A DNA stretch of 64,000 nucleotides, taken from assembly GCF_011745625.1 (NCBI RefSeq), contig NW_027191477.1:124001-188000 (forward strand), read 5' to 3'. This DNA comes from Cladosporium halotolerans. Its lineage: Eukaryota. This document shows, in pieces, positions 1 to 12,525 of the stretch (within the stretch, counting starts at the first letter, position 1; each line of letters begins with the position of its first letter). The translations under genes and the position numbers were made by a program. Under the pieces are notes generated by a model that was not told where the DNA came from, did not search any database, and saw nothing but the letters and a program-made list of their open reading frames with translations.

Positions 1-226
1 TCATCATCAGACCGTGAAGACGGCACAAGAGTTCCTCCGTCGAAGCTGATCCGTGCCGGAGGACGACGGATACATAAGATCTCAGGTCGGCGCATAACAC
101 GGCTGAGCATTGGAGCAATCTTCCACAGTTCGTATCTTGAGTAATACTACCCTGCTGTACGAGTCAACATCTCAATTACGCTACGCTTCCCATCCCATCA
201 ACAATCCTTCATATCCCATCTCCAAG

Positions 227-1159
227 ATGTGCACCACCTTCGACAGCACCACAATCCCCTCCCTGGAAGGCAAAGTAATTCTCATAACAGGCGGCACTGC
301 TGGCCTTGGACGCGAAACCATCTTTAGCCTCGCCGCCCATAACCCAGCACACATCTACTTCTCCGGCCGCTCAGAGTCCTCCGCAACAGCCCTCAGCGCA
401 GAACTCTCCAAGCTCCACCCTCAGGTCCCCTGCACCTTCATCCGCGCTGATCTCGCCTCTCTGGCCTCTGTCAAAGCCGCGACAGCAGCCTTCCTCGCGC
501 AGGAATCACGCCTTGATCTCTTCTTCGCGAACGCGGGCGTGATGGCGCTGCCGCCGGGATTGACGAAAGACGGGTACGAGGTGCAGTTCGGCACGAACCA
601 TCTCGGCCACGCAGCACTGGTCAAACTGCTTCTCCCCATCATGGAAGCGACCGCTCAGCGGGGACACGACGTGCGAATCATCTGGAACAGCTCGCTGGGC
701 TACAAGGGCGCGTCCGGAATCGCTTTCGCAAGCCTGAAGACGCCACAAGCCTATCTTTCGCCGTTTTACGTTCTCAGTGACTGGTTTCGCTATGGGCAGA
801 GCAAGCTGGCGAATATCTTGTACGCGCGAGAGTTTGCAGCGAGACATCCTACCATCACGTCTGTGTCGATCCACCCCGGAGTGGCCGAGACAGGCTTGGT
901 ATCGGGATTGGGGACTTTCAATCGGTGGTTTGTGTGGGCTACCACGCTGAAGATTAAAGTTCCGATTGAGCAATGCGCTTGGAACCAGCAATGGGCTGCC
1001 GTGGCGCCAAAAGGGGCCGGCGAGAGAGAAGTGGTTAGTGGTAGATTCTATGAGCCTGTCGGCGTCAAGGGCGACCTGACCAAAGCTGGTGGAGATGATG
1101 TCTTGGCGAAGGAGTTGTGGGAGTGGACGCAGAAAGAGCTGGAGGCGTTCGGAATCTGA
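227..1159 (+). CDS. Short-chain dehydrogenase/reductase (retinol-dehydrogenase/WWOX-like classical SDR)
   Basis: TGGTAGLG nucleotide-binding motif, NAG, FGTNHLGH and catalytic YGQSK (YxxxK). First ATG is at 227; the ORF-track start at 110 is a TTG. No intron needed. Confidence 0.92.
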   Translation: MCTTFDSTTIPSLEGKVILITGGTAGLGRETIFSLAAHNPAHIYFSGRSESSATALSAELSKLHPQVPCTFIRADLASLASVKAATAAFLAQESRLDLFFANAGVMALPPGLTKDGYEVQFGTNHLGHAALVKLLLPIMEATAQRGHDVRIIWNSSLGYKGASGIAFASLKTPQAYLSPFYVLSDWFRYGQSKLANILYAREFAARHPTITSVSIHPGVAETGLVSGLGTFNRWFVWATTLKIKVPIEQCAWNQQWAAVAPKGAGEREVVSGRFYEPVGVKGDLTKAGGDDVLAKELWEWTQKELEAFGI

Positions 1160-1613
1160 GGGGATTGTACCTAAGCGTAATTTGCGGCAATGTCGGCGTC
1201 AGTATTTGATGACTCTGATAGAATTCCTTTGGAAACTGGTATGAGTCTGACGGATTTCACTTTGGATATCCTTATCTGCTCAGTCAATACGATGAGGACT
1301 CATTCTTGCTTTCCATACAACTTCCGTGCGGTATATCCAGTGTACAGGAGTGACGGCCTTCCCTGGCCGTGGCAACTCGTGATCTTACTGTTACGCGTCG
1401 CCCACGCAATACTGCCGTTCTCATATCCCCTCGCTTCAAGATTGTTCGCTTTTCCACACATCTTTCGCTTAATCATCGTAGCCTTGGGATATCACGTACA
1501 GCGCGCTAGCCGCTCGCCGCGCGCGTCACCTACAGACTCCGGCCAAGCTCAGGCTGGAGAAGGGATCTGCCGAGCAATAGCCGTTTCGCGAGTAGCGCTA
1601 TCAGATCACCGCT

Positions 1614-1708
1614 TGACTCAACCTCACCTTGGTCGATCGCAGGCATTGAGTGACTCTATCGGCGTCGCCCTCTGCTCCAGGACGCTGCAACGGGCTCAAA
1701 TTGAGTCA
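1614..1708 (+). promoter_or_regulatory. Cluster of Gcn4/CpcA (cross-pathway control) response elements upstream of ARG7
   Basis: TGACTCA at 1614-1620, TGACTCT at 1651-1657 and TGAGTCA at 1702-1708, about 155-250 nt upstream of an arginine biosynthesis gene, a classic Gcn4/CpcA target class. Confidence 0.8.
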
Positions 1709-1862
1709 ATTGACCTGTTTGCCTACACAGCATCCCCTCGTGGGCTGCCAGCGTTCGCTTGCTTGTATCCACGCTCGCCACGGCAATCTTTCCGGCGCGC
1801 ATTGAGACCATTGAGGGTCACTACAGACATTCTTTGAAGCCCTACTGGCCAATATCACCAAC

Positions 1863-3350
1863 ATGGCGCCCAGAACTTCCGCAGCAAAGCGTGCCTTCTC
1901 TGCCGTTTTCCAACTGCGTCAATACTCAGCACCCGCGGACCGCTCTATTCCCCCGGCAAAGCAGAAGTATGTCCCTAGCACCGGCACTTATCCCAAGGGT
2001 TTCCTGGCCGGAAGCGCCCACGCTGGTGTGAAAGCAAGTAACACCAAGTACGACGACCTAGCATTAGTCACCTCGGAGACGCCTTGCGTGGCGGCAGCCG
2101 TTTTCACGAAGAACATCTTCCAGGCCGCGCCAGTGACTGTCTCTAAGGATACACTTGCCAACAGGAGGGGCGTTGGCATCAGGGGTGTGGTTGTGAACTC
2201 CGGATGTGCCAATGCTGTTACTGGTATCGGTGGAATTGAGGATGCTAAGGCAATGTCCAACAAAGCCGACGAATTGCTTGGCGCCGCCGCGAATGACAAC
2301 CCTTCGACATTGGTCATGAGCACTGGAGTCATTGGCCAGAGACTTCCCATCAACAAAATCACGGATGCGATTCCCTCCCTCCACGCGTCCCTCGGAAACA
2401 CCCACGAGCATTGGATGAGAGCTGCCCAGGCAATTTGTACGACCGACACATTCCCCAAACTCATCTCCAGGACCTTCACCCTCCCATCTCATCCGGAGAC
2501 GACCTACACTATCTCAGGAATGACCAAAGGCGCCGGCATGATCCATCCCAATATGGCAACCCTTCTGGGTATCGTCTGCACTGACGCGGCCATTGGTCCC
2601 AGCGTGATTCGTGCGGCTCTCCGAAGGGCAGCCAACCGCAGCTTCAACAGCATCTCGATCGACGGAGACACCAGCACCAACGACACAGTGTGTCTTTTCG
2701 CTAATGGAGCCGCCGCACCACCAGGTACCAAACCGCTCTGGCGCTCCGCCGAATTGCAGGAACAGCACCCTGATCTCGAGGCATTCCTTCAGGTCCTTGA
2801 TGAGTTCATGATCGACCTGGCGAAGCTCGTCGTCCGCGATGGTGAAGGCGCCACCAAATTTGTGACGGTCCGTGTGCAAACAGATAAAAGCTTCTTGATT
2901 GCGAGGCGCGCCGCTGTCAGCATAGCGACAAGCTCTCTGGTCAAAACTGCACTCTACGGGAAGGATGCCAACTGGGGCCGCATCCTGTGCGCCATCGGTT
3001 ATGCGCCCGGCATCATGTCATCTCGCGAAGTGCCCTTGCATCACGCTATTGCATCCACGCCTACCGAGAGACTGCCGATTAAGCAAATGAACGAATACCA
3101 CTCCGTCAAGTCAGAGAAGACGAGCGTATCTTTCGTACCTGCCGATGGTAGCGAGGAACTCAAACTGCTGGTCAAGGGCGAGCCACAGGAGGTGGACGAG
3201 GAGCGGGCCAAGCAGATCTTGGAAATGGAAGATCTCGAGATTTTCGTCAAGCTAAACGATTATCCCGGCGCACGTTCCACTGAGGTGGTTTATTGGACGT
3301 GCGACTTCAGCCACGAATACGTCACCATCAACGGTGATTACAGAACTTGA
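1863..3350 (+). CDS. ARG7: Mitochondrial ornithine acetyltransferase / arginine biosynthesis protein ArgJ
   Basis: [32 protein letters not shown] (autocleavage Thr), [21 protein letters not shown] and the NGDYRT C-terminus; Arg/Ser-rich presequence. Confidence 0.97.
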   Translation: MAPRTSAAKRAFSAVFQLRQYSAPADRSIPPAKQKYVPSTGTYPKGFLAGSAHAGVKASNTKYDDLALVTSETPCVAAAVFTKNIFQAAPVTVSKDTLANRRGVGIRGVVVNSGCANAVTGIGGIEDAKAMSNKADELLGAAANDNPSTLVMSTGVIGQRLPINKITDAIPSLHASLGNTHEHWMRAAQAICTTDTFPKLISRTFTLPSHPETTYTISGMTKGAGMIHPNMATLLGIVCTDAAIGPSVIRAALRRAANRSFNSISIDGDTSTNDTVCLFANGAAAPPGTKPLWRSAELQEQHPDLEAFLQVLDEFMIDLAKLVVRDGEGATKFVTVRVQTDKSFLIARRAAVSIATSSLVKTALYGKDANWGRILCAIGYAPGIMSSREVPLHHAIASTPTERLPIKQMNEYHSVKSEKTSVSFVPADGSEELKLLVKGEPQEVDEERAKQILEMEDLEIFVKLNDYPGARSTEVVYWTCDFSHEYVTINGDYRT

Positions 3351-4165
3351 GGACGTTGGCGACAAAAGCGGCTTTCATGGAAATGGCGAGTGGATGTCTA
3401 TCCGTCAGAACAATACGTTTTTTAGAATCCCAAAAAGGAGGAAGCCACCTTGTATAGCTGTAGCCATAGTTTCCTTGTTATTCAAACGCTTGTATTACCT
3501 TCCATCAGATCCGGCACGCTCGTACCGACCTGTGACCATACTGTCCTCATGACAGAAACTTCAGGTGCACTAGCAGCCAGGACCAGAGTGTCATTACGGC
3601 ATTTGTCCACTACCTGTTCCCCTTTAGCAGCAAACAACAGAAGCGTTAGCGATGCCGTCGTTTTGCTTATGCACGTAGCGAGGAAGGGCAACACCCGATA
3701 ATTCAATCGGCTGAATGGCGCCAACACGTGCCTCTGAATACGTTGTGCGCGTTGTTTGTGTTCATAGCAGGCCGAAACGCTTCGGGCTGCTGGAGCATCC
3801 GGCTGAAGGTATTGGGGTGTCAATTGATGTTTCGTGACGGCCTGTACGGTGACGGTAGGTCCGCAGATCTCGTCCGGACGACTGTAAGAAAAGCGCTCGC
3901 GTCTCGTGCAGATATGACCGGCTCTTCCTCGCGCTTTAGGGACAGCATTCATGCGCTGCAGACTTATATTGAGCTGACTCTTGTTGCTTGGGTTTTCCAT
4001 GAAGAAGGCAACCAACTGGGTGAGCTATGCAAGCGTACTTCCGGCATTCCGATTACTTCAATAACCCGCAGCGATTCGCCATTGGCAGAGCTCATACGTT
4101 CTCTACCTCTCACGGGATCCTCCGAAGTGGCCATCGCAGGGAACAGCGGATTTGAGGCGTAAGAC

Positions 4166-5376
4166 TTATTTCGTGCCGTTAGCAGAGCCTATGCTCGGTC
4201 CAAACAGATCTTCGCCTTCTTTCAGGCTCTGTTCGCGTTGCAGCTTCTTCTTCGCCGCCTTCGCCTCGTCGTTCGCGCCCTCCCCACGTTGCTTCGCCAG
4301 ATGAGACTTGACCAAGTCTCTCGTGCTAGGGTCTCTGCACCTCTCAAGCTTCGTCTCCAGCGCCGCTCGCTCGTCTTTAGTCAAGACGCTGTCAGCAGAA
4401 AAGCTCGACAGCATCTCAGCGCAAGATCGCACCGTGACGAGTACTTTCGGTCGTATAGGCGAAGCAGCCGGCACTTTCTTCGAAAGGTACCACTCTGCAA
4501 GCGGCGGATCCGCAATCTGCAGCGCTGCGAACACAATCTGCGAAGGCGTGTAGAGAAAATACGCGTCCGTCAGCAGCGCAGGCGAATCCAGCACTCCTCT
4601 TGCAGCCGAATACGCCAGCTGCACTCGCTCCCTCACACTCGAGCCCGGCACCCACGAAGTCTTCGCACCATCCTCGGGCGGCGCCAAACTCTCCACCTCC
4701 GCCTTCAACTGCGTGTCCGGTCGGCCTTCCACGAGATTGTCCAGCTCCATCATGACGCCTTTCAGTCCGCGGTTCGGCTGCCGTACGTCCAGCGTGAAGC
4801 GCAGGGCTTGCATGACTTTGTATTCACATGCGAGGATCTCTTCTGGCTTGGCGGAGATGCGATGCGCGTAGGCGGAAACAGCCCAGCCATTTGACTCGGC
4901 TTTGTTGGCGAGGTAGAGGGCTGTTTTGTAGATTTCTTTAGGTGGGTATGTGAGGGGCGAGTTGGAGAGGTAGAACCGGCGAAGGTACTGGATTGCGGTC
5001 GCCTGGTATTTTCTGTCAGCGATTGAAGCATCGAGCGGTGACAAGCCTGTTATACCTTCACATTCGCCGGCCAGTTGAGGTGGTCGTTCGTCGCGCGGAT
5101 CATGTCGCAATACCGCTGTACCAGGCGCAACTCCTCTTCTTCGGTCAGGTACTCCGGCTTTTCTCCATCCTGTCGTCCATCCTCTTGTCCCTGGATTGCG
5201 CCATTGGTCCCTTGTGTGCGCTGGCGTTCTATCCGCTCGACTGCAATTTGGTGTGTTTTTGCGCGGAGCTCGGCGAGTCTTTCTGGCGAAAACGACCAGA
5301 CTCGGAATTGCGATGAGGTGCGGTAGATATCGTCCTCCGTCAGTGCCCGCACCTCGGGCGGTGGTTGTTGTGTCAT
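4166..5376 (-). CDS. CCL1: Cyclin H / Ccl1 (TFIIK/CAK cyclin); exons 5376-5056 and 5002-4166
   Basis: EDDIYRTSSQFRVWSFS N-terminus, YLTEEEE, ATAIQYLRRFYLSNS cyclin box, TDAYFLYTPSQI. A 53-nt intron 5003-5055 (GTATAA..GCTGAC..CAG) joins the two ORF-track pieces in frame. Confidence 0.92.
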
Positions 5377-5531
5377 TCTCGGCGGTGTCGTAGTCTGGAG
5401 TTGAGGTGGAGAATGTTGTCCGGCGACGACGTGGTGTTGGTTGCTTGTTTGGTGGGGAAGTTCACATGGCTTCAAGACGTCGGACTTTCATGTGATCGTC
5501 AACCTCAGCGCTGACCTGCTTCATTAACATC

Positions 5532-7106
5532 ATGTCCACGACAATATTAGATTTACCGTCAGAATTGATAGCGAGCATCTTCCATTTCCTCAACGATGGA
5601 GACATCTTCGCGGCTAGATCTGCGAACAGGGTTCTGGAACGAGCGTCCTTCTCTTTCTTTGCGAAGCGCTTCTTCCGCAAGAAGGGATACATGATCACGA
5701 CTCCCAGCTTGCAGGTCTTACAATCGGTTGCAGCACACGAAGAATTAAGGCCATACGTGCAGCATGTATGGTTCAACCCAGATTGCTTTACTTTTGGTTC
5801 TCTCAACCCAATCACCCCAACGGATCATGCTTGTCCAAGTGCCGGCACAGAAAGTGGAATAGACGGTCGTCTGCCGGACTTCACTCAATCCGAACAAAGT
5901 CGTTACGAGGCATATTCTGAATGCATCGAAGACTATCATCAACTTATATTCTCAGAAACAAAGCTGGCGGAAATGCTCACAGCTGCGTTCGCCACGCTTC
6001 CAAACCTCAAGGCCGTGGGCATGCGAAGATCAGACCAACATAGTCCATGGGGTTGGCAGCGTCTCAAAGATGCCATCGGTCAAGATCCACGCGAGCTTGG
6101 AGAGATCCCTGAAGGCCAATCGTTCCTATTGTCCGGTCCCACACAGCTATACATTCCTTTGATGAAAGCTCTAGCCGCCAGCGGTGCCATAATCCAACGC
6201 CTATACACGGATGCGATAGAGATAGACGATATATCGCCCGAAGCGCTACCTCAAGAGGCGTTGGCTGAAGCCTCCTGCTCTGTGCTGTATTTGGAGATCA
6301 ACGCCACCAAGGGTAACCTCATCAAACTAGATCTGCCCGGAGCCGGAAATGCTCAGTCCACTTCAGTACAAAACCCCTCAGGCCTGTCCAAGCTCTTGTC
6401 TGCAACTCCAAATCTTCGCGAACTAGGCCTGATGATCTTTCCGGACCGTAAACAATCTCATCTTATACCACCTCAACCGTATAGACCCGAGAGTTGGCGT
6501 ACCAGCTACCCTTACAAAGCGCTGGAGCGACTATCCGCCAGCATAAAACTGCAGAACCTCCGACGCATCAAGCTTGAGAAATTCACCGTGTCGCCTTCGA
6601 TTCTTATCTCCCTCCTTCAACCCTCTGCTCAGCACCTGACAAGCATCAAATTGCGTGACATCCGCCTCCTCCCCGACCTCCAAGATTCAGCCACTTCAAC
6701 CTTCAATCCAAACGCGGACAGAACATGGGAGCCTATCTTCAACTTCCTTGCCACCTTCTGCCCAAAACTAAGCTACCTCCTTCTCTACCACCTTTCTCAC
6801 CCTAGCGGCGGGATCCGCTTCGTCGCGAACGCTTCCCACACCCAGCCCGAAGACCAAATAGTGACGCATCTGGAAGGTGCGGGTGAGTTCATGGATTATG
6901 AGAACATTTCCGTGGAAGCAGGGATACCGCATAGTGATCCTGACCTGCAGGGGCCAGAAAAGAGAGAAGAAATCATGAGAGCGCGGCGCGTGGTGGGGGA
7001 TCGCGTGAGGGCTTTGGTTGAGGGGCATTGGTATGGCAGGAATACATACAGTTATGAGATGGACGATCTGCTATGGCATACAGACACGAGCGACGAGGAG
7101 TGGTAG
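5532..7106 (+). CDS. F-box-like domain protein with degenerate LRR-like region
   Basis: N-terminal ILDLPSELIASIFHFL..DIFAARSANR F-box pattern; LPNLKAV, TPNLRELGL and LQNLRRIKL repeats; 524-aa uninterrupted ORF. Confidence 0.72.
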   Translation: MSTTILDLPSELIASIFHFLNDGDIFAARSANRVLERASFSFFAKRFFRKKGYMITTPSLQVLQSVAAHEELRPYVQHVWFNPDCFTFGSLNPITPTDHACPSAGTESGIDGRLPDFTQSEQSRYEAYSECIEDYHQLIFSETKLAEMLTAAFATLPNLKAVGMRRSDQHSPWGWQRLKDAIGQDPRELGEIPEGQSFLLSGPTQLYIPLMKALAASGAIIQRLYTDAIEIDDISPEALPQEALAEASCSVLYLEINATKGNLIKLDLPGAGNAQSTSVQNPSGLSKLLSATPNLRELGLMIFPDRKQSHLIPPQPYRPESWRTSYPYKALERLSASIKLQNLRRIKLEKFTVSPSILISLLQPSAQHLTSIKLRDIRLLPDLQDSATSTFNPNADRTWEPIFNFLATFCPKLSYLLLYHLSHPSGGIRFVANASHTQPEDQIVTHLEGAGEFMDYENISVEAGIPHSDPDLQGPEKREEIMRARRVVGDRVRALVEGHWYGRNTYSYEMDDLLWHTDTSDEEW

Positions 7107-7375
7107 AGTGAGATCAAAGAAGTGGGAGATAACATAGACGAAGATCAGTTGATGCGCTTCCAATTCGATTCCATTTCTAGCTAAGTCGCCTCCTTCCTGC
7201 AGTTGTGCTCGCTTGTGCCAACCATCATTGTCGTTCATTCGTGCTAATAAGATATGTTCCCAGCGCCTCGCTAACCCTTGATTTGATGCTGTGCCAGCTT
7301 ATGTATGCTTCCCATGACACTACCGAAACCCGCGCCTAGAGCGAAAGGCCGGGCCTCCAGTGTCCGCCAACCACT

Positions 7376-8158
7376 CTACATTTCGTTGAAAAGCCTCGCC
7401 GTCACATCGCCCAAGTACTCTTCTTCAAGCTCGTACTCCTCACCACCAGCCTTGTCGATCCCGACATACTCGAAAGCATCGACCACACGCTCAACCGGAA
7501 AGCCCATTTCCACGAACCTATCGATCATGGCCCGGTTGTACCCGTGGTATGCCTCGCGCTGCCGCTCCTGCTCCCTCTTCTTGCGGTCCTTCTCATCCGC
7601 TTTGTTGCGTGCCTTGAGCGCCGCCTCGTCCAAACCGCCCGACGATCCCGCCCCAGTACGCCCAGATCCCGCCGAGGGCTTAGGAGCTCCTGCAAATCTG
7701 ATTGCCCATTCTCTTGCCACGTGAGCGAACTCTTCCGGTCTTGAGATTAACATGGAAGCAACCTCGGCATCCTGGGGATCCTTGGGCTCGGGGCTGCTGA
7801 GCAGGCTCTGTAGACTGATAAGGGCGCTCTTAAGAGTCAGCACGGGACTCCACTGCTGGCCGAGGGTGTCGAGGCAGATAGCTCCTGTCTGACTGCTGAC
7901 GTTCGGGTGCCAAATGCGTGTGATGAACCGCATCTCCGGTGGCTTGAAGGGGTACTCGGCTGTGATGCGGATGTCGACATCGTATCTCCCGCCTTCATAT
8001 GGCGTATCAGGCGGGCCCGAGAAGTGGCCGTGGAAGTGTGTGAGGTCTGTGAACTCAGTACTGCCCGACGGGGTACTGATCGTAATCCCAGAGTGGGCGT
8101 CCTTGAGGATGTCCTGGATCTCCTTTTGAAGACGGCGATTACGGTTTGAGGCGCCCAT
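7376..8158 (-). CDS. UBC1: Ubiquitin-conjugating enzyme E2, Ubc1/E2-25K type with C-terminal UBA-like tail
   Basis: RRLQKEI, GPPDTPYEGG, YPFKPP, WHPNVSSQTGAICLDTL (HPN and catalytic Cys), PKDPQDAEVA; UBA-like IDRFVEMGF. Confidence 0.93.
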   Translation of the reverse strand: MGASNRNRRLQKEIQDILKDAHSGITISTPSGSTEFTDLTHFHGHFSGPPDTPYEGGRYDVDIRITAEYPFKPPEMRFITRIWHPNVSSQTGAICLDTLGQQWSPVLTLKSALISLQSLLSSPEPKDPQDAEVASMLISRPEEFAHVAREWAIRFAGAPKPSAGSGRTGAGSSGGLDEAALKARNKADEKDRKKREQERQREAYHGYNRAMIDRFVEMGFPVERVVDAFEYVGIDKAGGEEYELEEEYLGDVTARLFNEM

Positions 8159-8757
8159 CGTGGGCTTCGAGGTTGTGGTTCTTCAGTTTCCTAGTAGAAC
8201 CCGGTGCGTTTATCCTATTTTGAATAACAGTAGCTTTACCAGATGATGTAATAGCAGTGTGCTGCCTCTTCTGCAGAAAGGCTCTCGAAAGCTCAAGAAA
8301 GAGCGGCTGCGGCGTAAGGTAGGATCGGCTAGAGCTGCTTTGAGAATGTGTAAGCGGATATCTCGAGGTTCGTGCAGAGGTGTGAGCGTGAAGACAGCAA
8401 GGCCGAAGAACTGAAAACTCCAATCCACGAGAAGAAAGGAGTTCTTCAGGGCTGTGAGATGTGGTGTGGTCTTAAGCGCCAACTTGATGGTCAAAGTGGG
8501 ATGCGAGACATGTGAGTGAGCGGGACCAAGCACGGGCCAAGCGCGTCACGTCAGGCAGCCCGTCAGGCACACGTCGACCTGCTGCTGCTTGCATCACCCA
8601 TCTTGAGCGCTCGCTGTCAACCAGCGAAACACATACACCTCCACCCATCTCATCACAGCAACACCCGCCCTTTGATACCCGGACTTGCAACGCATATAGG
8701 AGCGATCTCATCACTGGAAGGACTGGTCAGCAAACTCGAACATAACAGCCAGCCGCG

Positions 8758-10218
8758 ATGGTATGCGCTTACCAACAACATCACCTGCATCCTTCAACCT
8801 GCTAACAGCTATCGCAGGGCCAAAACCAGTCTGGCCTTGGAGGCGCCGGCGGCCCTCCTGGCGCGCCCGGTGACAACAACAAGAAGGGAGATAAGAAGGA
8901 CAAGCCGAAGTACGAGCCGCCGCCACAGCCTACAACCCGCATCGGCCGCAAGAAGAGAAAGCAGGCCGGCGCTTCTGCAGCGGCGAAGCTACCCACAGTA
9001 TACCCAACGGCGCGATGCAAATTGCGAATGCTGCGGATGCAGCGCGTGCATGACCATCTGCTGCTGGAAGAAGAGTTTGTCGAGAACCAGGAGCGTCTCA
9101 GGAAAGCGAAGGCGGCGAACACCGTGACGCCTGCTTCGGCAGGAGGCGATAGCGATGCTCTGGATCGCAACGCGGACGAAAGAGGCAGAGTTGACGACAT
9201 GAGAGGCTCACCGATGGGTGTTGGCAACCTGGAGGAGCTTATCGATGACGACCACGCGATCGTTTCGTCAGCCACTGGACCGGAGTACTATGTCTCTATC
9301 ATGTCTTTCGTGGACAAGGATCTCTTGGAACCCGGCGCTTCGATTCTTCTGCACCACAAATCTGTTTCCGTGGTCGGTGTGTTGACAGAGGATACCGACC
9401 CGGCTGTGAATGTCATGAAGCTGGACAAGGCGCCCTCGGAGACATATGGAGATATCGGAGGTCTCGAGTCGCAGATTCAAGAAGTGCGCGAGGCGGTCGA
9501 GCTGCCTTTAATGCACCCCGAGCTCTACGAGGAGATGGGTATCAAGCCTCCGAAGGGTGTCATTCTCTACGGTGCACCCGGTACTGGTAAGACGCTTCTT
9601 GCAAAAGCCGTCGCCAACCAAACATCCGCCACCTTCCTCCGTATCGTCGGCTCTGAGCTCATCCAGAAATACCTCGGCGATGGCCCTCGACTCGTACGAC
9701 AACTCTTCCAAACAGCAGCTGAGCACGCGCCTGCCATTGTCTTCATTGACGAAATCGACGCCATTGGTACCAAGCGTTACGAATCAAGCTCCGGCGGTGA
9801 GCGCGAGATCCAGAGAACTATGCTTGAGCTTCTGAACCAGCTCGACGGTTTCGACGACCGTGGTGACGTCAAGGTCATCATGGCAACCAACAAGATTGAC
9901 ACCCTCGACCCTGCGCTCATCCGTCCTGGCCGTATTGACCGCAAGATTCTCTTCGAGAACCCGGATCAAAACACCAAGCGCAAGATCTTCAACCTGCACA
10001 CCTCGAAGATGAGCTTGGCGCCCGACGTCGACATTGACGAGTTTGTGACGCAGAAGGATGACCTCAGTGGTGCAGATGTCAGGGCCATCTGCTCTGAAGC
10101 TGGTTTGCTTGCGCTCAGAGAGAGGAGAATGAGAGTTAACATGACCGACTTCCGCGCCGCAAGGGAGAGCGTGCTGAAGACGAAGACCGAGGGTGAGCCT
10201 GAAGGCTTGTACTTGTAG
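8758..10218 (+). CDS. RPT2: 26S proteasome AAA-ATPase subunit Rpt2 (S4); exons 8758-8760 (ATG only) and 8818-10218
   Basis: GAPGTGKT Walker A, IVFIDEID Walker B, PEGLYL HbYX tail. Intron 8761-8817 (GTATGC..GCTAAC..CAG) gives MGQNQSG.., matching the known myristoylated Gly2 of Rpt2. Confidence 0.97.
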
Positions 10219-10786
10219 ATCTACGTTCTACGTAATGCGTGGATGTTCGGATGGACGAGGATGCTGGAGGAGGTAGAGACGTGTATAACAGCTTTTACGG
10301 TATCGGTAAGATGCTGAATAGGCATTATAAATCCCATTGCTTCAACTTCCTAGACTTCGGTGTATAACCCACGGCACGATTCAGCCTTTTCGACCATTCT
10401 TTCTATGCTACAAGTTCATGACGTTGTATCTCGGCGGTTTACCATAATTGTAGTGCTGTGCTCGCGCCGATGAACATGCCGGCTCATGGGACCCTGGCTC
10501 AGATCTGTCACGTGCCGACGTGTTAGCGCGTGGCGGCGGGGCCTCGCTTGCCGCGCTGTGCTGCCTGACCTTCCGAGTCCCCAACCACCGTCGTCAACCT
10601 CTGGCCTTGCTTCGGCAGTGCCAGCATGCACTGCCCAGCACTGCCGCGGTCAATATGCCTGCACTTGTATTATGCACGAATGAAAAGTTAGGTATCATAT
10701 TTTTCTTATCTTCCACACACTGATTGAACCATTACCCTTCATCTATTACCATCACCACGCAGAAGAATCGCGCCTTGCACGCCTCG

Positions 10787-12214
10787 ATGGCAACGCGCGC
10801 CTTTGCCGGCCGCACCCCAGAAGCACTACTCGGCAGAAACGACTCGAAGAACCCCGCCACAACCTGTAGAGGTATCACTAATTCTGGCCGCCCGTGTCGC
10901 CGCGCCATCGCATCGCCCAAGGCACGAAAGAGCGGCGTCGTCGCTGTAGTTGGCGACGAAGATGAAGGCGTCGAGAGCGCGTCTTTCTACTGTCATGATC
11001 ATAAGGCACAGGCGGTGAATGATGCTTCGAACGGAATTAAGGCTCCCGACAGAAAGAAGACGGAGCTGTACCCTCTACAAGAAAGGAGTAGTATCGACAC
11101 GCTTGTGCAGAGACTCGGTGTGGAGGGTGTAGGGAGTGAGATATCGGCTAAAGTGAGACCTGGAAAGCAGAAGCCTGGGAAGAAGACTGGCAGGACTGAA
11201 GCGCCGTATGCGGAGAAGTACGGACTCGGGCACCCGGAGAGGAGGAAAACTAAGCATGAGAAGAGTTCGTTTTGGTCGATGCTGTGTTGCGGTGGTGGTG
11301 GCGACGATGAGGACTACGTCGAGATAGTCCGACACAAGAAGCGTGTCGGTGAGCCGAGACCATCCAATCAAAGCCCCCGACCATCAGCTCCTGAGCATTC
11401 GAGACCGTCTTCAACCCCTTCACGAATGTCTGGCTCGTCCACCACGCCTCAGAAACAGACCACCGAACTCCCTACACGGCCAGCCAACTACCACACCGCC
11501 TCCACGAACTCCCAAACCGGTCATCTACTCTCATTCATCCCGCAACACCTCTCCCCAACCCTAACCTCCACTCTTCTAACCGAGCTCGGCAAACCACCCA
11601 ACCCAAACGACGAAGAAGGCTACATTTACATCTTCTGGCTCACACCGCAACAAGACAAAGCACCCGATACATCCACAGCGCGCTCTCTCCTCTCTCCACC
11701 AACCTCCACGCGCCGCGAACGCCGAGTCTCCGATGTCGTCAGCGAATTCTCCTCCACGACCGCCTCTTCGCCCCGCGGCGCCAGCACCAATACCAAAGCC
11801 CGCCCAACGATCTTGCTAAAAATCGGCCGCGCAAACAACGTGACCCGGCGCATGAACGAATGGCAGCGCCAATGCGGCTACGCGTTGACGCTCGTGCGCT
11901 GGTACCCCTACGTTTCCTCATCCTCAGCGCCCAGCAGCCCAGCGCACACGCCCGGCGGCCAACAGAGTCCTCGATCGCGGCCTGGTGCAGGGCGCAGGGA
12001 GTCCTCAGGGCTGGTGAGGAAGGTGCCGTGCGTGAAGCGCGTGGAGCGACTGATTCATCTTGAGCTGGCGGAGAGAAGGGTTATGAGGGATTGTGGGGTT
12101 TGTGGGCGGGAGCATAGGGAGTGGTTTGAGGTTGAGGGGAGTGAGAAGGGCGTTAGAGGAGTCGATGAGGTTGTCAGGCGGTGGGTTGGTTGGGGGGAGC
12201 AGCAGGTGGGTTGA
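10787..12214 (+). CDS. DUF1766 / T5orf172 (Mug113, GIY-YIG-like) domain protein
   Basis: N-terminal TCRGITNSGRPCRR..YCHDH; C-terminal GYIYIF..LLKIGRANNVTRRMNEWQRQC..RVERLIHLEL..CGVCGREHREWF. Confidence 0.8.
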   Translation: MATRAFAGRTPEALLGRNDSKNPATTCRGITNSGRPCRRAIASPKARKSGVVAVVGDEDEGVESASFYCHDHKAQAVNDASNGIKAPDRKKTELYPLQERSSIDTLVQRLGVEGVGSEISAKVRPGKQKPGKKTGRTEAPYAEKYGLGHPERRKTKHEKSSFWSMLCCGGGGDDEDYVEIVRHKKRVGEPRPSNQSPRPSAPEHSRPSSTPSRMSGSSTTPQKQTTELPTRPANYHTASTNSQTGHLLSFIPQHLSPTLTSTLLTELGKPPNPNDEEGYIYIFWLTPQQDKAPDTSTARSLLSPPTSTRRERRVSDVVSEFSSTTASSPRGASTNTKARPTILLKIGRANNVTRRMNEWQRQCGYALTLVRWYPYVSSSSAPSSPAHTPGGQQSPRSRPGAGRRESSGLVRKVPCVKRVERLIHLELAERRVMRDCGVCGREHREWFEVEGSEKGVRGVDEVVRRWVGWGEQQVG

Positions 12215-12525
12215 TATCTGGGAACTTCTGAGTGAAATAGCAACTTTCGGAGTCAGCAGGAAATACAGGCCTGCGAAAATCTTGGGACGGGATGTTGCGA
12301 AGCGATATTAGCATCGTACTGGGACATCACAAGACGTGCGGAAATCTACTGTGGGATTCTCACAAGACGGTCATTGTGCAATGGAACAAGCAGTTAAGGT
12401 ATCAATCGTCGTATACGTGGCAATTTGGTTGATCTATGTAAATCATTCCTCGCGCCAGGCTGTGCCTGCAGTGTATCTTTCTTCAAAACAGTCTAATGAA
12501 AACCCAATCGTCAAGTCCCCCACGC

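Noticed and set aside
1190..1837. 215-aa ORF upstream of ARG7
   Set aside because: No domain or codon bias; it overlaps the SDR 3' region and the ARG7 promoter with its Gcn4 sites.
3482..4162. Overlapping 177-aa and 144-aa ORFs between ARG7 and cyclin H
   Set aside because: Non-ATG starts and no recognisable motifs; likely convergent 3' UTR sequence.
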